64,000 nucleotides of DNA from an uncultured cyanobacterium (GTDB taxonomy: Bacteria; Cyanobacteriota; Cyanobacteriia; Cyanobacteriales; Nostocaceae): positions 832,001 through 896,000 of the forward strand of contig CAVUDP010000004.1 of NCBI GenBank assembly GCA_963740315.1, written 5' to 3'. The translations under genes and the position numbers were made by a program. The notes below the pieces were generated by a model. The model made no database searches and was not told the DNA's origin. It saw only the letters and a program-made list of their open reading frames with translations. Positions 21,719 to 32,970 of the stretch are shown here, one piece after another. How positions within the stretch are numbered: the stretch's first letter is position 1; every line of letters starts with the position of its first letter.

Positions 21719-22231
21719 ATGATGAATCTCAGCTTGCAGTACCCAATATTTGGTCCCGAAATTCAGTGCCCCCATTGCCGTCAGACTATTCCAGCGCTGA
21801 CATTAACTGATACTTATTTGTGCCCCCGCCACGGAGCTTTTGAAGCTAATCCGAAAACAAGTGAATTGATTCACCTCCAGTCTGGGCGACATTGGCGAAG
21901 ATGGAAGGATGAATGGTATCGTCAGCACAACCATCCCGATGGAATTAGGTTTGAAATTCACGAAGCGCTTGATAAGCTTTATACCCAAGGCTATCGCGCT
22001 ACTAAAGTGATTATTGCTCGCCGATATCAGGAATTAATGGGCGGTTATTTGGAGCGGAGTTCGCCTTGGCGCGGACAAAACTCGGAAGTTACTTCTGCCC
22101 GATTGTACGGCTTACCAGTGGATTTTAGTCCCGAAGCTAGTGACGATTCTTGCTGGGAAGTAATAAATTTCGATCTAGAAAAAGAACCCGGTGTTCCGGT
22201 ACGCTACCCCTATTTTAGATTGTTTGAATAA
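21719..22231 (+). CDS. Conserved cyanobacterial protein (TIGR02652-like)
   Basis: YPIFGPEIQCPHCRQTIPALTLTDTYLCPRHGAFEA; start placed at ATGATG 21719. Confidence 0.75.
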   Translation: MMNLSLQYPIFGPEIQCPHCRQTIPALTLTDTYLCPRHGAFEANPKTSELIHLQSGRHWRRWKDEWYRQHNHPDGIRFEIHEALDKLYTQGYRATKVIIARRYQELMGGYLERSSPWRGQNSEVTSARLYGLPVDFSPEASDDSCWEVINFDLEKEPGVPVRYPYFRLFE

Positions 22232-22302
22232 TTTCAACTGTTAGGAGTCGTCTATGTTGTAACTCCTAACCTTAATTTTAACCACTTTAATAGTATTTTA
22301 AA

Positions 22303-22743
22303 ATGCACCACGCTTCTATTCGGACGGCGGATATCCATCGGGCGATCGCCTTTTACGAACAGTTAAGTTTTCAAGTATGCGAGCGTTTCACAACTGGCTA
22401 TACTTTGGCTTGTTGGATGGAGGGATTGGGGGGAAGAATTGAACTAATTCAAATTCCCGAACCCAAACCGGCTGCGGATGCATTTGCTGATGAGCATTAT
22501 GTCGGTTATTACCATCTATCATTCGACATCACCAACATTGCATCCGATTTACCCAGTTGGTTGAAAAGTATTAAAGAAAATTTTGCTTTGTCATCCCGCA
22601 AACAACCGGAAGTAATACAGCCTTTGAAAGTACTTTTAGAACCAACTCAGCAGCAAATAGGCGGTTGTATCTATGAAGTTGCTTTCATCGCCGATACAGA
22701 TAATTTACCTTTGGAATTTATTCGTAATCTTACAACTAATTAA
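22303..22743 (+). CDS. VOC / glyoxalase family protein
   Basis: MHHASIRT..I.RAIAFY, IELI, GYYHLSF, FIAD.D.LPLE. Confidence 0.85.
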   Translation: MHHASIRTADIHRAIAFYEQLSFQVCERFTTGYTLACWMEGLGGRIELIQIPEPKPAADAFADEHYVGYYHLSFDITNIASDLPSWLKSIKENFALSSRKQPEVIQPLKVLLEPTQQQIGGCIYEVAFIADTDNLPLEFIRNLTTN

Positions 22744-22891
22744 ATAGTTGGAATTAGTTGAAATTAATTACTTTTATCTGTAGAATAAACAGTCTGTGTA
22801 GTGTTGCCGAGGCAACATATTCTATCCGCAGATTAGACTATATTCATAGAAAAAATCTGTAATTAAGCTTACAGATACATCAAGCAAATAG

Positions 22892-25768
22892 ATGTCTGTA
22901 TATTTTACGTTATTGCGTATTCGTCGTTTTCCGTATTTACTTTTTGGGCTAGGACTGATCCTGGTTCTATTTCTTGGCGGTGAATCCAGCTATAGTTGTG
23001 GGGTAGCTGCGTCTAACTGCGTAAAGAATGGCAAAGAATTAGTGACAAAAGAAAAAACTATATTATCAATTGCAGAAAACGTTCGTAAAATAACTTTAGA
23101 AAATGGTTTAACAGTCATAACTAAAGAGGTACATACCGCACCAGTAGTAAGCGTTCAGATGTGGTATAAGGTGGGAACCCGTAACGAAAAACCGGGTGTA
23201 AATGGTATTGCTCACCAGTTGGAACACATGATGTTCAAAGGTACAAAAAGCCGTCCCGTACAGTTTGGGCGACTTTTTAGCGCTTTGGGTAGCGATTCAA
23301 ACGCTTTTACCAGTCACGATCAAACAGTATATTACGGTACAGCCGAACGCAATAAGTTAAAAGCACTTCTGACTTTAGAAGCAGATAGAATGCAAAATGC
23401 TGCGATCGAAACGAAGCAGCTAGAAAGTGAAAAGCAGGTAGTAATTTCTGAATTGAAAGGTTACGAAAATAGTCCTGAGTACCGTTTGAATCGGGAAATT
23501 ATGCGGGCAGCTTTTCCCAATCATCCTTATGGATTACCTGTTGGTGGTACAGAGAAAGATGTGTCCCAGTTTACTGTAGAACAGGTAAAGCAATATTATC
23601 AGAATTTTTACAGCCCTGATAATGCAGTATTAGTTATTGTCGGAGATTTTCAAACCACAAAAACTATTAATGCTGTAAAAGAAATATTTGGAAAAATACC
23701 GTTAAATCAAAATACAAAGTCACAAGAAGAAATAGTAATTAAAAATTCTGATACAGCTAAATCCTCCGATCCGATCGTACTCAAACAACCCGGTTCCGCA
23801 CCATTAATTCAAGCTGTATATCCTTTACCTTCTGCGAAACATCCAGACGTGCCAGCTTTAGATATTATGGATTATATTTTGGCAGAAGGACGAAATTCCC
23901 GTCTTTATCAAGCCTTAGTAGATCGAGGAATTGCTAGCGATGTGTCAGCGAGTGTAGTTAGCTTGCAGGATGCAGGTTGGTACGAATTATTAGTTACGGC
24001 AAACTCCGATAAAAATTTATCTCAAATTGAATCAATAATCGATCGTCAAATTAAAGATTTAACAAATGAAGTTAGCTTAGAAGAATTAAATAGAGCCAAA
24101 GCGCAATTAGAAGCCTCAGTAATTTTAAGTAACCGCGATATTACCTCTTTAGCAATGCAGTTAGGTAATGATGAAGCTACTACTGGCGATTATACTTATA
24201 CAGACCGTTATTTAGCTGCAATACAAAAAGTAACAGCCCAAGATGTACGGCGGGTAGCCCAAAAATATCTCAAACAGCAAAGGCAAACAATAGGCTTTTT
24301 TAAACCAACTCAAGCAAAAGCTAAAGAAAAAACCGAGAATAAACAAGCTTCCATAGAAAACAGCGAAAATTTTTCTAAGAGCAGCACAGACAATACCGAT
24401 ATAACTAAATACCTGCCACCAGTAGATTCCACTATTGCTTCCACAAGTCGGATTTTACCATCCAAGTTTACTTTACCTAATGGTTTGGAGATTTTACTGT
24501 TACCAGATAAAAGCACTTCTACGGTAACTTTGGGTGGATATATTAAAGCTGGCACAGAATTCGATCCGCAAGAGAGAGCAGGTTTAGCATCTTTGGTTGC
24601 AGATAATCTAATCAACGGAACCAAAGATAAAGATGTTCTAAGTATCGCGAAAATTTTAGAAGATTGCGGCGCAAGTTTAGACTTTAACACTTACCGTGAA
24701 GGCGTGTACGTTGAAGGTGAAAGCTTGTCAAATGACTTATCAGTGTTAGTTAAAACCCTGGCAGATGTCATCAAAAATCCGACTTTTCCCGCCAAGGAAT
24801 TGCAGCTAACCAGGCAACAAGCTTTAACAGCCCTCAAGCAGGATTTAGACGATCCTCAAGAAGTCGCCGAAAGAACTTTTTTACAAGCAGTTTTTCCCAA
24901 AACACATCCCTCTCACAGTTTTCCTTCGCGAGAGAGTTTGCAGCAAATTACTCGTAAAGATGTAGTCAATTTCCAGAAAAAGCATTATCGTCCCGATACT
25001 ACAGTATTAGCTTTAGTTGGTGACTTTGAACCAGCAAAGGTAAAAAAACTCATTGAAAAAGAATTTGGCAATTGGCAAGTTTCGGGTAAAACGCCCCAAC
25101 TCGAATACCCGCAAGTATTTTTGCCCCAATCAATAGTGCGCGTTAACCCGGTAGTTCCCGGTAAAGCCCAAGCAATTACTTTCATGGGTAATAAAGCGAT
25201 TAACCGCCAAGATCCTCGATATTATGCAGCAAAAGTTTTGAATCATATTTTAGGTGGCGATACTTTATCAAGTAGACTTGGTTCTCAAGTGCGCGATCGC
25301 TTGGGTTTAACATACGGTATTTATAGTAACTTCTTAGCGAGTAAAAATTCTGGAACGTTTCTGATTGAAATGCAAACCAGTCCAGAACATACCACCCATG
25401 CGATCGCCAGCACGCGGCAATTGCTAGAAGATTTACACCTCAAGGGCGTAACACCTGCGGAGATTGAGACTGCAAAACATAATTTGACTGGCAATTATAA
25501 TGTTTCTCTCGCTTCCCCAGATGAATTAACCTACAGAATAATTAAAAACAACGTATTAGGTTTAGATACAGAAGAACTACGTAGCTATACTGAAAAAATT
25601 CAAGCAGTCACCCCCGCTCAAGTCAATCAAGCAGCACGCGAGCTACTTCATCCAGATAAAATCGTAGTAGTTACCGCAGGACCGGCAGAATTAACGGATC
25701 GAAGCAAAAAAAGCGATCGGTTATCAGTAACCAATGAACGGCGAATCATCAAAAATAAAGAGTTTTAA
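22892..25768 (+). CDS. M16 family (pitrilysin-like) zinc peptidase
   Basis: Inverted zinc motif HQLEH in GIAHQLEHMMFKGT, NAFTS, duplicated M16 domains. Confidence 0.9.
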   Translation: MSVYFTLLRIRRFPYLLFGLGLILVLFLGGESSYSCGVAASNCVKNGKELVTKEKTILSIAENVRKITLENGLTVITKEVHTAPVVSVQMWYKVGTRNEKPGVNGIAHQLEHMMFKGTKSRPVQFGRLFSALGSDSNAFTSHDQTVYYGTAERNKLKALLTLEADRMQNAAIETKQLESEKQVVISELKGYENSPEYRLNREIMRAAFPNHPYGLPVGGTEKDVSQFTVEQVKQYYQNFYSPDNAVLVIVGDFQTTKTINAVKEIFGKIPLNQNTKSQEEIVIKNSDTAKSSDPIVLKQPGSAPLIQAVYPLPSAKHPDVPALDIMDYILAEGRNSRLYQALVDRGIASDVSASVVSLQDAGWYELLVTANSDKNLSQIESIIDRQIKDLTNEVSLEELNRAKAQLEASVILSNRDITSLAMQLGNDEATTGDYTYTDRYLAAIQKVTAQDVRRVAQKYLKQQRQTIGFFKPTQAKAKEKTENKQASIENSENFSKSSTDNTDITKYLPPVDSTIASTSRILPSKFTLPNGLEILLLPDKSTSTVTLGGYIKAGTEFDPQERAGLASLVADNLINGTKDKDVLSIAKILEDCGASLDFNTYREGVYVEGESLSNDLSVLVKTLADVIKNPTFPAKELQLTRQQALTALKQDLDDPQEVAERTFLQAVFPKTHPSHSFPSRESLQQITRKDVVNFQKKHYRPDTTVLALVGDFEPAKVKKLIEKEFGNWQVSGKTPQLEYPQVFLPQSIVRVNPVVPGKAQAITFMGNKAINRQDPRYYAAKVLNHILGGDTLSSRLGSQVRDRLGLTYGIYSNFLASKNSGTFLIEMQTSPEHTTHAIASTRQLLEDLHLKGVTPAEIETAKHNLTGNYNVSLASPDELTYRIIKNNVLGLDTEELRSYTEKIQAVTPAQVNQAARELLHPDKIVVVTAGPAELTDRSKKSDRLSVTNERRIIKNKEF

Positions 25769-25932
25769 TTAATAACTACGGTGGTACTTACTCCTAGCTC
25801 CTAACTCCTAACTCTCCTCATTAAGGGCAAGAGGCGCAAAATAAGTTAACTTAAAATATAGTATTGTTTCTCAATAATCGCGCTTTCAATCAATTTACGT
25901 TTAAGCGATAACACACAAATAATTATTAACTT

Positions 25933-26760
25933 ATGAACATCTTCAGTAACCTGCTTTCTCAACCATCTCAAGATAGTCGCCCAAAAAGACAGCGTAGAGG
26001 GATTGAAATCAAATCGCCGCGTGAAATTGAAATTATGCGTCAATCTGGGAAAATTGTCGCAACTGTATTAAAAGAAATTTCTGAGTTGGTAAAGCCGGGA
26101 ATGACTACAGCAGACTTGGATGCTTATGCTGAAAAACGCATCCGCGAAATGGGCGCAACACCAAGCTTTAAGGGATATCACGGTTTTACAGGTTCTATTT
26201 GTTCTAGCATCAACAACGAAGTAGTACACGGTATTCCCAACCCTAAAAAAGTCATTCGCACCGGAGATGTTTTAAAAGTTGATACTGGTGCTTTTTTTCA
26301 GGGATTTCACGGAGACTCATGTATTACAATTGCCGTTGAAGAAGTAAAGCCTGCTGATGCAAAATTGATTCGTGTTGCGGAAGAAGCTCTTTACAAAGGC
26401 ATCGAACAAGTTAAAGCTGGTAACTATTTAATGGATATTGCCGGTGCGATCGAAGACCACGTAAAAGGCAACGGTTTTAGCGTAGTCGAAGATTTTACCG
26501 GGCATGGTGTCGGTAGAAACTTGCATGAAGAACCTTCCGTATTTAACTTCCGCACTCGTGAAATGCCTAACGTCAAATTGCGTAAGGGAATGACGCTGGC
26601 AATTGAACCAATTTTAAATGCTGGTTCTAAACACTGTAAAACCTTATCCGACCGTTGGACGGCAGTAACTGTAGATAATTGTTACTCTGCACAATTCGAG
26701 CATACCGTATTAGTAACAGAAACCGGATACGAGATTTTAACAGATAGAACAAAAGTTTAA
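25933..26760 (+). CDS. map: Methionine aminopeptidase type I
   Basis: VVHGIP, DTG..FHGDS, GHGVG..LHEEP, AIEP, SAQFEHT. Confidence 0.95.
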   Translation: MNIFSNLLSQPSQDSRPKRQRRGIEIKSPREIEIMRQSGKIVATVLKEISELVKPGMTTADLDAYAEKRIREMGATPSFKGYHGFTGSICSSINNEVVHGIPNPKKVIRTGDVLKVDTGAFFQGFHGDSCITIAVEEVKPADAKLIRVAEEALYKGIEQVKAGNYLMDIAGAIEDHVKGNGFSVVEDFTGHGVGRNLHEEPSVFNFRTREMPNVKLRKGMTLAIEPILNAGSKHCKTLSDRWTAVTVDNCYSAQFEHTVLVTETGYEILTDRTKV

Positions 26761-26856
26761 ATTTTGTAGAGACGTAGCAGTGCTACGTCTCCATGCTTGC
26801 GGGAAAACAAACCATTCAGCTAATTGTACGGTCGATCGTTGTACGGCTCATCAAAA

Positions 26857-27531
26857 CTAATTTTCAATTTCGTCAAACTTTGCCCGCACGGCTTGAATAT
26901 CCTGCCACATTAACCATTTGGGGCTACCAACTTCGCGAGAAGAATTACGTAGCAAGTAGGAAGGATGAAAAATCGGCATACACAAACGCCCAGACCATTC
27001 TATCCACTGTCCGCGAATTTTGGTAATTCCACGTTTTTCTGCGAGTAAACCTTTTAGAGCAGTCGCACCTGTCAAAAGGATAATTTTGGGATCGACTAAG
27101 CGAATCTGTTCTAAAAGGTATGGTTTACAAGCTTTGATTTCTTCAGTAGTGGGATTGCGATTGTCAGGAGGACGACATTTATTAATGTTGGCGATATATA
27201 CATCTTGCTCGCTATCGAGTTTTACTGATGCTAATATTTTCTCAAGAAGTTGTCCGGCGCGTCCAACAAAAGGTAATCCGGTTTCATCTTCATTTTGACC
27301 GGGTGCTTCTCCAATAATCATGATGGATGCTTGAAGATTTCCTCTGCCGACGACGGCATTTTGGCGAGTCTCTCCGAGCGGACAGCGATGACAATTATTG
27401 CAATGTTCTGCCAATTCCGTCATGCTAGGATAAGTGCCTTGGGGAATAGGAACTTTGGCATCTTTGGGAATTAGTTCTTCTTGATTAAAAGTTGAGTCCT
27501 CGAAAAGACTTAATTGGTTTTTGCTGCTCAT
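26857..27531 (-). CDS. Uracil-DNA glycosylase family 4 (Fe-S)
   Basis: CHRCPL, GEAPG, PFVGRAG, KCRPPDNR, HPSYLLR; start placed at ATG 27531. Confidence 0.9.
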   Translation of the reverse strand: MSSKNQLSLFEDSTFNQEELIPKDAKVPIPQGTYPSMTELAEHCNNCHRCPLGETRQNAVVGRGNLQASIMIIGEAPGQNEDETGLPFVGRAGQLLEKILASVKLDSEQDVYIANINKCRPPDNRNPTTEEIKACKPYLLEQIRLVDPKIILLTGATALKGLLAEKRGITKIRGQWIEWSGRLCMPIFHPSYLLRNSSREVGSPKWLMWQDIQAVRAKFDEIEN

Positions 27532-27732
27532 TTCAATCCTTTGAATTAGGCTTTGCCCAAACCGACTCATTGGAAATTAAATTGGCGTTTAAGATAATAA
27601 TCTCTAAAAAGATAGGTTTGGCTACGCTTTTTTGCGTAATACTTATATCTATAAACCTCCAATTATATCAGCTATTTCGAGTAGACGACAGCGAGATTTA
27701 AAGCAATGCCGTTGTAAAATGTTTAGTAAATC

Positions 27733-28416
27733 ATGTTATACAACCCACTTTTTCAAAATCGCGAAGCTGCTGGTGAGGAGTTAGCGCAAGCAATTCGTAC
27801 TCAGTTAAACAAACAGGCGGTTGAATCTGGATTAAAACCAGTACCAATTGTTTATGCTTTACCTAGAGGAGGATTACCAGTTGCGTTACCAGTAGCGCGT
27901 TTGCTTGATTGTCCTTTAAAAATAGAAGTCGCAAAAAAAATTACTCATCCCCAAAATGATGAATTAGCTATTGGTGCGGTGAGTGCTTCAGGAAGTGTTA
28001 TTTGGTCGGATAATCGGGTATTTCGCTTCAAGTTTTACTCGCGGGAAAAACGTCAAGCCTCTTTAAATGCTGCGATCGCCTGTGCTAAATCTTTGGAGGA
28101 ACAATTGAGTCCTGCTTGTTCTCAAGCAAATGTAGAAGGAGCAACTATTATTTTAGTCGATGATGGTATTGCTACGGGTATGACTATAGCTGCTGCTGCA
28201 ACCGCTCTCAAAAAGTTAAATCCCGCGCAAATTTGGCTGTGTACTCCAGTTGCGCCTCAAAAATTAATTCCTTGGTTGCAGAAATGGGGCGAAAAAATAA
28301 TTGTCTTAGCAACGCCAGAATCTTTTTTGAGTGTGAGTAATTTTTATGTGGAATTTCCTCAAATCGAAACTCAAGAAGCTTTAGAATATCTTCAGCAGCA
28401 ATCTGTTAAAGGATAA
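27733..28416 (+). CDS. Phosphoribosyltransferase family protein
   Basis: FQNREAAG, LPRGG, ILVDDGIATG PRPP-binding motif. Confidence 0.9.
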   Translation: MLYNPLFQNREAAGEELAQAIRTQLNKQAVESGLKPVPIVYALPRGGLPVALPVARLLDCPLKIEVAKKITHPQNDELAIGAVSASGSVIWSDNRVFRFKFYSREKRQASLNAAIACAKSLEEQLSPACSQANVEGATIILVDDGIATGMTIAAAATALKKLNPAQIWLCTPVAPQKLIPWLQKWGEKIIVLATPESFLSVSNFYVEFPQIETQEALEYLQQQSVKG

Positions 28417-28635
28417 AGTACAACCGATTTCATTTGAGTGAGGTACAGAACATATCGTTATAAGGGAGTAGGAAGTAGGGAGTAGGGAGTAGGGGAATGT
28501 ACCTCAACAAGACAGGCAAACTGCTGTATCAAGGATGAATTATGAATAATCAAAAAATTTAATCTTTTACTAAATGAAAGTTTTAAATAAATTCTGATTA
28601 TAGAATTTAGAATTCATAATTCATCCTATTAATTA

Positions 28636-29709
28636 TCAATCGTATTTCGTTGCTCTGTCGTAGTCGCCAATAGCATAACAAGCAGTTTTAAGACTAGCAC
28701 GAGCTTGATCCTGGCTGCGACGATCTTTAATTGCTAAACCAATTCGCAAACGTTCTTCGTAATAAGACATGGCTCGTTCGTAGTCGCCTAAAGCTTCACA
28801 AGCAACTCCCAAGCTACCTAAAGATTGTTCTTGAGCGCGAGTGTCTTGAATAGTTTTCGCTAACTGTAAGCGTTCTTCATAGTAAATAATCGCTTTTGTA
28901 TACTCACCCAAAGCATAAAAAGCATTACCAAGATTTTTTAACACTTGGATGCTAGTGCGATGGTTTTTAAGTAAGCGAGATACGACGATACAATCTTCGT
29001 AATACTTAGTCGCTTTTGAGTAATTCATTAAAGAATACCAAGCATTACCTAAATTTTTTAATATTTGCTCTTCTCCCCAGTTATCCTGAAGTTCGCGGAC
29101 TAATTTTAAACTTTGTTCTTGATAATCTATTGCCTTAGAAACATTATTAAGAGCTTTATAAACTAATCCTAAATTATTAAGTGCTGCTATAGTCGAGCGA
29201 CTATCTTCTAATTGTTCAGCTACTTTCAAACACTCTTGTAAATGTTCACCAGCCTCACTGTACTGTTTAAGATGACGATAAGCGTTACCCAAATGTGAAA
29301 GTGCCTGTATCTGCAAACGCTCTTCTTGAGTATCGCGAGCTAAAGACAAGCATTGCTTAGCATAAGATATAACGCTTTTATAGTCACCAGAACAATAAGC
29401 TACCAATGCTAAACAAGAAAGCGCTTGAGCCTGTTTTTGAGAATTTCCATCGGCTTGAAATAGCGCGGTGGAGTGCTGTAAAGCCTTGATTGCAGCATTA
29501 AAGTCTCCAGCTTGTTGCTGTTCAATGCCTTGCTGTAATAACTCAGATGCTTCAAATGAATCTTCTCAATCGCTAAAAGGTATCTGGGTTTGTAAAGCTT
29601 CGTCAGCCTCTTTAATATCGCACTCTTCTAGATTTGCTTTTCTTAATTCAGTAGGTATATGTAAAGGAAGTGTATTTTTCAAACTTGCATCCCATTTACT
29701 TTTTTGCAT
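28636..29709 (-). pseudogene. Tetratricopeptide repeat protein with an in-frame TGA at 29566-29568
   Basis: Repeated LGNAY/LGLVY/LGNAF TPR units; the same frame runs upstream to ATG 29709 with a single stop at codon 48. Confidence 0.6.
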
Positions 29710-30190
29710 CGACCGCTTGCTCCCTGTAAATAATTATTGTTAAAGTTAGTATTCCCAAAATTTATGCCTTAATTTCATTTATGAAAGAAAAATGTCACTA
29801 AGGGAAAAATACTGAGTATTGACAATCCAATACTCAACTATTTTGATATTTATAAAATTTGTAATATATTTAGTTTTTACTTAATTCAAATCAAATCTTT
29901 TATACTATTATCTTAAATAATCAATATTAAATATTAGGTAAATAATTTGAAATAAACAATAAAAATATTATTTGAAAATGATATTTGTATCTTGTAAACA
30001 TTACCGATCGTAAATATGCGGATTTGAATGGGTAAAGTTACTTAAAATTACAATAACTTCATTTTTTAGTTTTTAACTTCTAGCTTTTAGAAATATATAG
30101 CAATCTGATATGAGTTGTAATAATTTTAGGTGCTGAAAAACCCGATTAAAAAAAACGGGTTGTTTAATTCTCTCTTTTAATAAAGGTGAA

Positions 30191-30982
30191 TCACTTAACC
30201 GATCGCAGTTTATCAACTATTGCTTCATCAAAATTAGCACCAAGCAAATTCGCCCCTTGAAGTTTTGCACCTGCAAGATTTGCACCTGCAAAGTTAGCGC
30301 CTTTAAGATTTGCCCATCTTAAATCGGCACCTCTCAAATCCGCTTCGCTCATATCAGCTTGTAATAAATATGCACTACTCAGGTGAGCTTTAGTTAAATT
30401 TGCTTTGCTTAAATTAGCTTTGTAAAAATAAGCGCTCATCGCTTCCACTTCGTACAAATTAGCGTTTCTCAGTTCAACACCAATTAAATTAGCGCGATAT
30501 AAGTTTGCTCTCCAAAGATTGGCACGGTTTAGTTTAGCTCCACCCAAATCAGCACTTTTAAGATTTGCATCTTTTAAATTAGTGCCAATCAAGTTTGCTT
30601 CATTCATAAAAGCATCTTGCAAATTTGCCGAACTTAAATCAACTCCAATCAAATTAGCAAGAGTTAAATTAGCTTTTCTAAGGTTTGCACCACTCAAATT
30701 AGCAAGACTGAAATTAGCAAGAGTTAAATTAGCTTCTTGAAGATTTGTATTACTAAGATTGGCACTATTAAAATCGGCATTAATTAGATTTGCTTGCACT
30801 AACAAAGCATTTTCTAAATTTACATGACTCAAATTCACCCCTGGAAGATTTGCGCCTGTAAGATTGTATCCATATAAATTTGCCGAACTTAAATCTAATT
30901 TAATTTGAGGATTTCTTTTTCTCCACTCATCCCGCGCAAAGGTACCAGTTTTGAGTAAAGTCAGATGCTCTAAATTTGCCAT
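30191..30982 (-). CDS. Pentapeptide repeat protein
   Basis: MANLEHL..LK.G...W start followed by continuous A(N/D)Lxx repeats. Confidence 0.9.
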   Translation of the reverse strand: MANLEHLTLLKTGTFARDEWRKRNPQIKLDLSSANLYGYNLTGANLPGVNLSHVNLENALLVQANLINADFNSANLSNTNLQEANLTLANFSLANLSGANLRKANLTLANLIGVDLSSANLQDAFMNEANLIGTNLKDANLKSADLGGAKLNRANLWRANLYRANLIGVELRNANLYEVEAMSAYFYKANLSKANLTKAHLSSAYLLQADMSEADLRGADLRWANLKGANFAGANLAGAKLQGANLLGANFDEAIVDKLRSVK

Positions 30983-30991
30983 GATTAATCT

Positions 30992-31633
30992 TTACTGCTG
31001 ACGCTTTCCTTGGGAATGTACCCTACCAGTTACGTTTTCAATCGCTGCTAACGCTCCATCTGCACCTGCAAGTATATCTTGTTCTTGTCCCCCTAAATAA
31101 AGCCTGCCAAAACTACCGACTGCATTAACGGCAAGGATATTTATTGAAGCAGCTTTCTCGGCTTCATTTGCAGCTAATGCAGCATAAGCAGCAGGTTCAA
31201 CTTCCAATACATACAAAGTTTGTCCCGCTAATAACATTTGTCCTCGTCTAGTACGATTGATCAATTGTGTTTGATAAGCGTCAACATTGCGAATAATTTG
31301 ACTCGAAACCACTCTGGGTTTAATACCTTCATCTCTTTTCACCCCCAAAGCCGCTAAAATAGCCTGTCCAGCAGTACGAGTTTCCCCCTGAGAGCTAGAA
31401 TGCACTTCCAGCAAACCATACAGCCTTTCTACCATCTGCACCCCCGGACGAACCGAAGCAGATTTTAGCGCCACATCGGTAATTCGATTAATTTCTATGC
31501 CAGGAGAGATTTCAACCCACAAAGAAGTGTCTCCAGGTAGTGGTAAAAAACCTTGGGCTACCGTTCCCATATACGCTGCGTGTTGAGGTTGCAAATTATC
31601 AAGATATACAAAACTGCGTAGTTCTACACCCAA
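30992..31633 (-). CDS. ccmP: Carboxysome tandem-BMC shell protein CcmP
   Basis: [39 protein letters not shown]; 213 aa. Confidence 0.85.
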   Translation of the reverse strand: MGVELRSFVYLDNLQPQHAAYMGTVAQGFLPLPGDTSLWVEISPGIEINRITDVALKSASVRPGVQMVERLYGLLEVHSSSQGETRTAGQAILAALGVKRDEGIKPRVVSSQIIRNVDAYQTQLINRTRRGQMLLAGQTLYVLEVEPAAYAALAANEAEKAASINILAVNAVGSFGRLYLGGQEQDILAGADGALAAIENVTGRVHSQGKRQQ

Positions 31634-31859
31634 GATTCCGCTCCAGCCATAAGGATAAGAAATATTTATTATATGGATTTAAACTTAACCTACCATAAGG
31701 CGGTTCATAAAGTTTTAAATATTCTTTATCTGCTTTCCTTTTATTAACTATCCCTGTTTTACATAAAGCAAAGGTATGCTACAGACGTAACACACCTCAC
31801 TTAAATATTTTTTTAACTAAGAATTATCCTAGAATGCTTGGGGTGGTATAAAAATTCGG

Positions 31860-32069
31860 TTATAGAAAATTGGTCTGGAAGATTGTCATCGGCAATGGGT
31901 TTATAACTCCCTTATCATTACCTGACGTTAATTTTTTGCTTTCGCTAGGATGCACGATTTCCACATTAGGCGAGCTTTTGAGATTATCCGCTACAGCAGC
32001 CGAGATAGCGAAAAATATATCAAAAGTAAAGAAGATAGCTAATACAACAATAAAAAAAGTTCTTTTCAT
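31860..32069 (-). CDS. Small putative secreted protein
   Basis: MKR plus hydrophobic stretch and AVA cleavage-like site; 69 aa. Confidence 0.45.
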   Translation of the reverse strand: MKRTFFIVVLAIFFTFDIFFAISAAVADNLKSSPNVEIVHPSESKKLTSGNDKGVINPLPMTIFQTNFL

Positions 32070-32607
32070 GAATTTAACCTTAAGTTACAGCAGATGCAGT
32101 TAGTAAAATATCAGTTGCAATAATTAGAATTACGCCGATGGTTGATGTTTTTGCAGCTTCCCAATAGGAAAAGCCCTAAACCTACTTTTTACCAATATAT
32201 GTTTGTGTAGGATTTGAGAGGAGGATTCTCTGTATTAAGTCACTTCCATGTCCGGGATGAGCTATGGCGGGTTTTGCACTTAACACCCATTATTAATAGT
32301 TTTGCTCAAAGCCGTAAATACTTGTTTGTAGAACTTACATACTTGTAACAAAAAGTGACATAAATTTGTTAGAAGTTGTGTAAATGCTTTTTGATATTAA
32401 TTAGGCAGAAATTTAAGCAAGGGTACTGTTTTTGTTAATCCAGATAAATAAAAGTTTTGCGATTACAGGTTTATCATTTCATAGATTACATAGTAAGTTA
32501 ACCACTTCGCGATAAAGATTCAAGTTACTTAACAATATGAAATCTTTTGAGCTATGCGTTAAGCGAAGCTCACGCCCCGGTATCGTCCCAAAGCAGGGGG
32601 AAGGTGG

Positions 32608-32726
32608 TAGTGCGTTTCATTAGTTCTGATAGGTTCGTAGTAAGGGCTTCAGCCCTAAATCCGGAGGGACTCAAGTCCTTACTACGAACCTTTTTACCCA
32701 TCAAAACTTTTGAAAAGGACTACTAG
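32608..32726. repeat. ~120-bp palindromic REP/MITE-like element
   Basis: AGGTTCGTAGTAAGG...CCTTACTACGAACCT arms enclosing two hairpins; same family as 2237. Confidence 0.8.
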
Positions 32727-32970
32727 ATAAAATTTTAAAAATATTAATTTCCGACAATATACAGTTACAAAAAAAATTCTGGCTAGAAAACAACCTTTTA
32801 ATAAAACTTCATTAAAAGGCTGCGACTAATATGATGATGTGGTTTAATCCCTTGCTCCACAGGGATTACAAGTCTAAATTCGGCTTTCTGGTACACCTCA
32901 ACAGGAGCAGAGTTGGGAGTTAATAATTAATAATTATCTTCTCCCTTTTTCCCTTCTCCCGCTCCCCCAT

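Noticed and set aside
32790..32915. Hairpins and a possible 32-codon minus-strand ORF or sRNA downstream of the COG0523 gene
   Set aside because: AATCCCT/AGGGATT hairpin and a terminator-like stem are visible, but no recognisable RNA family or coding support.
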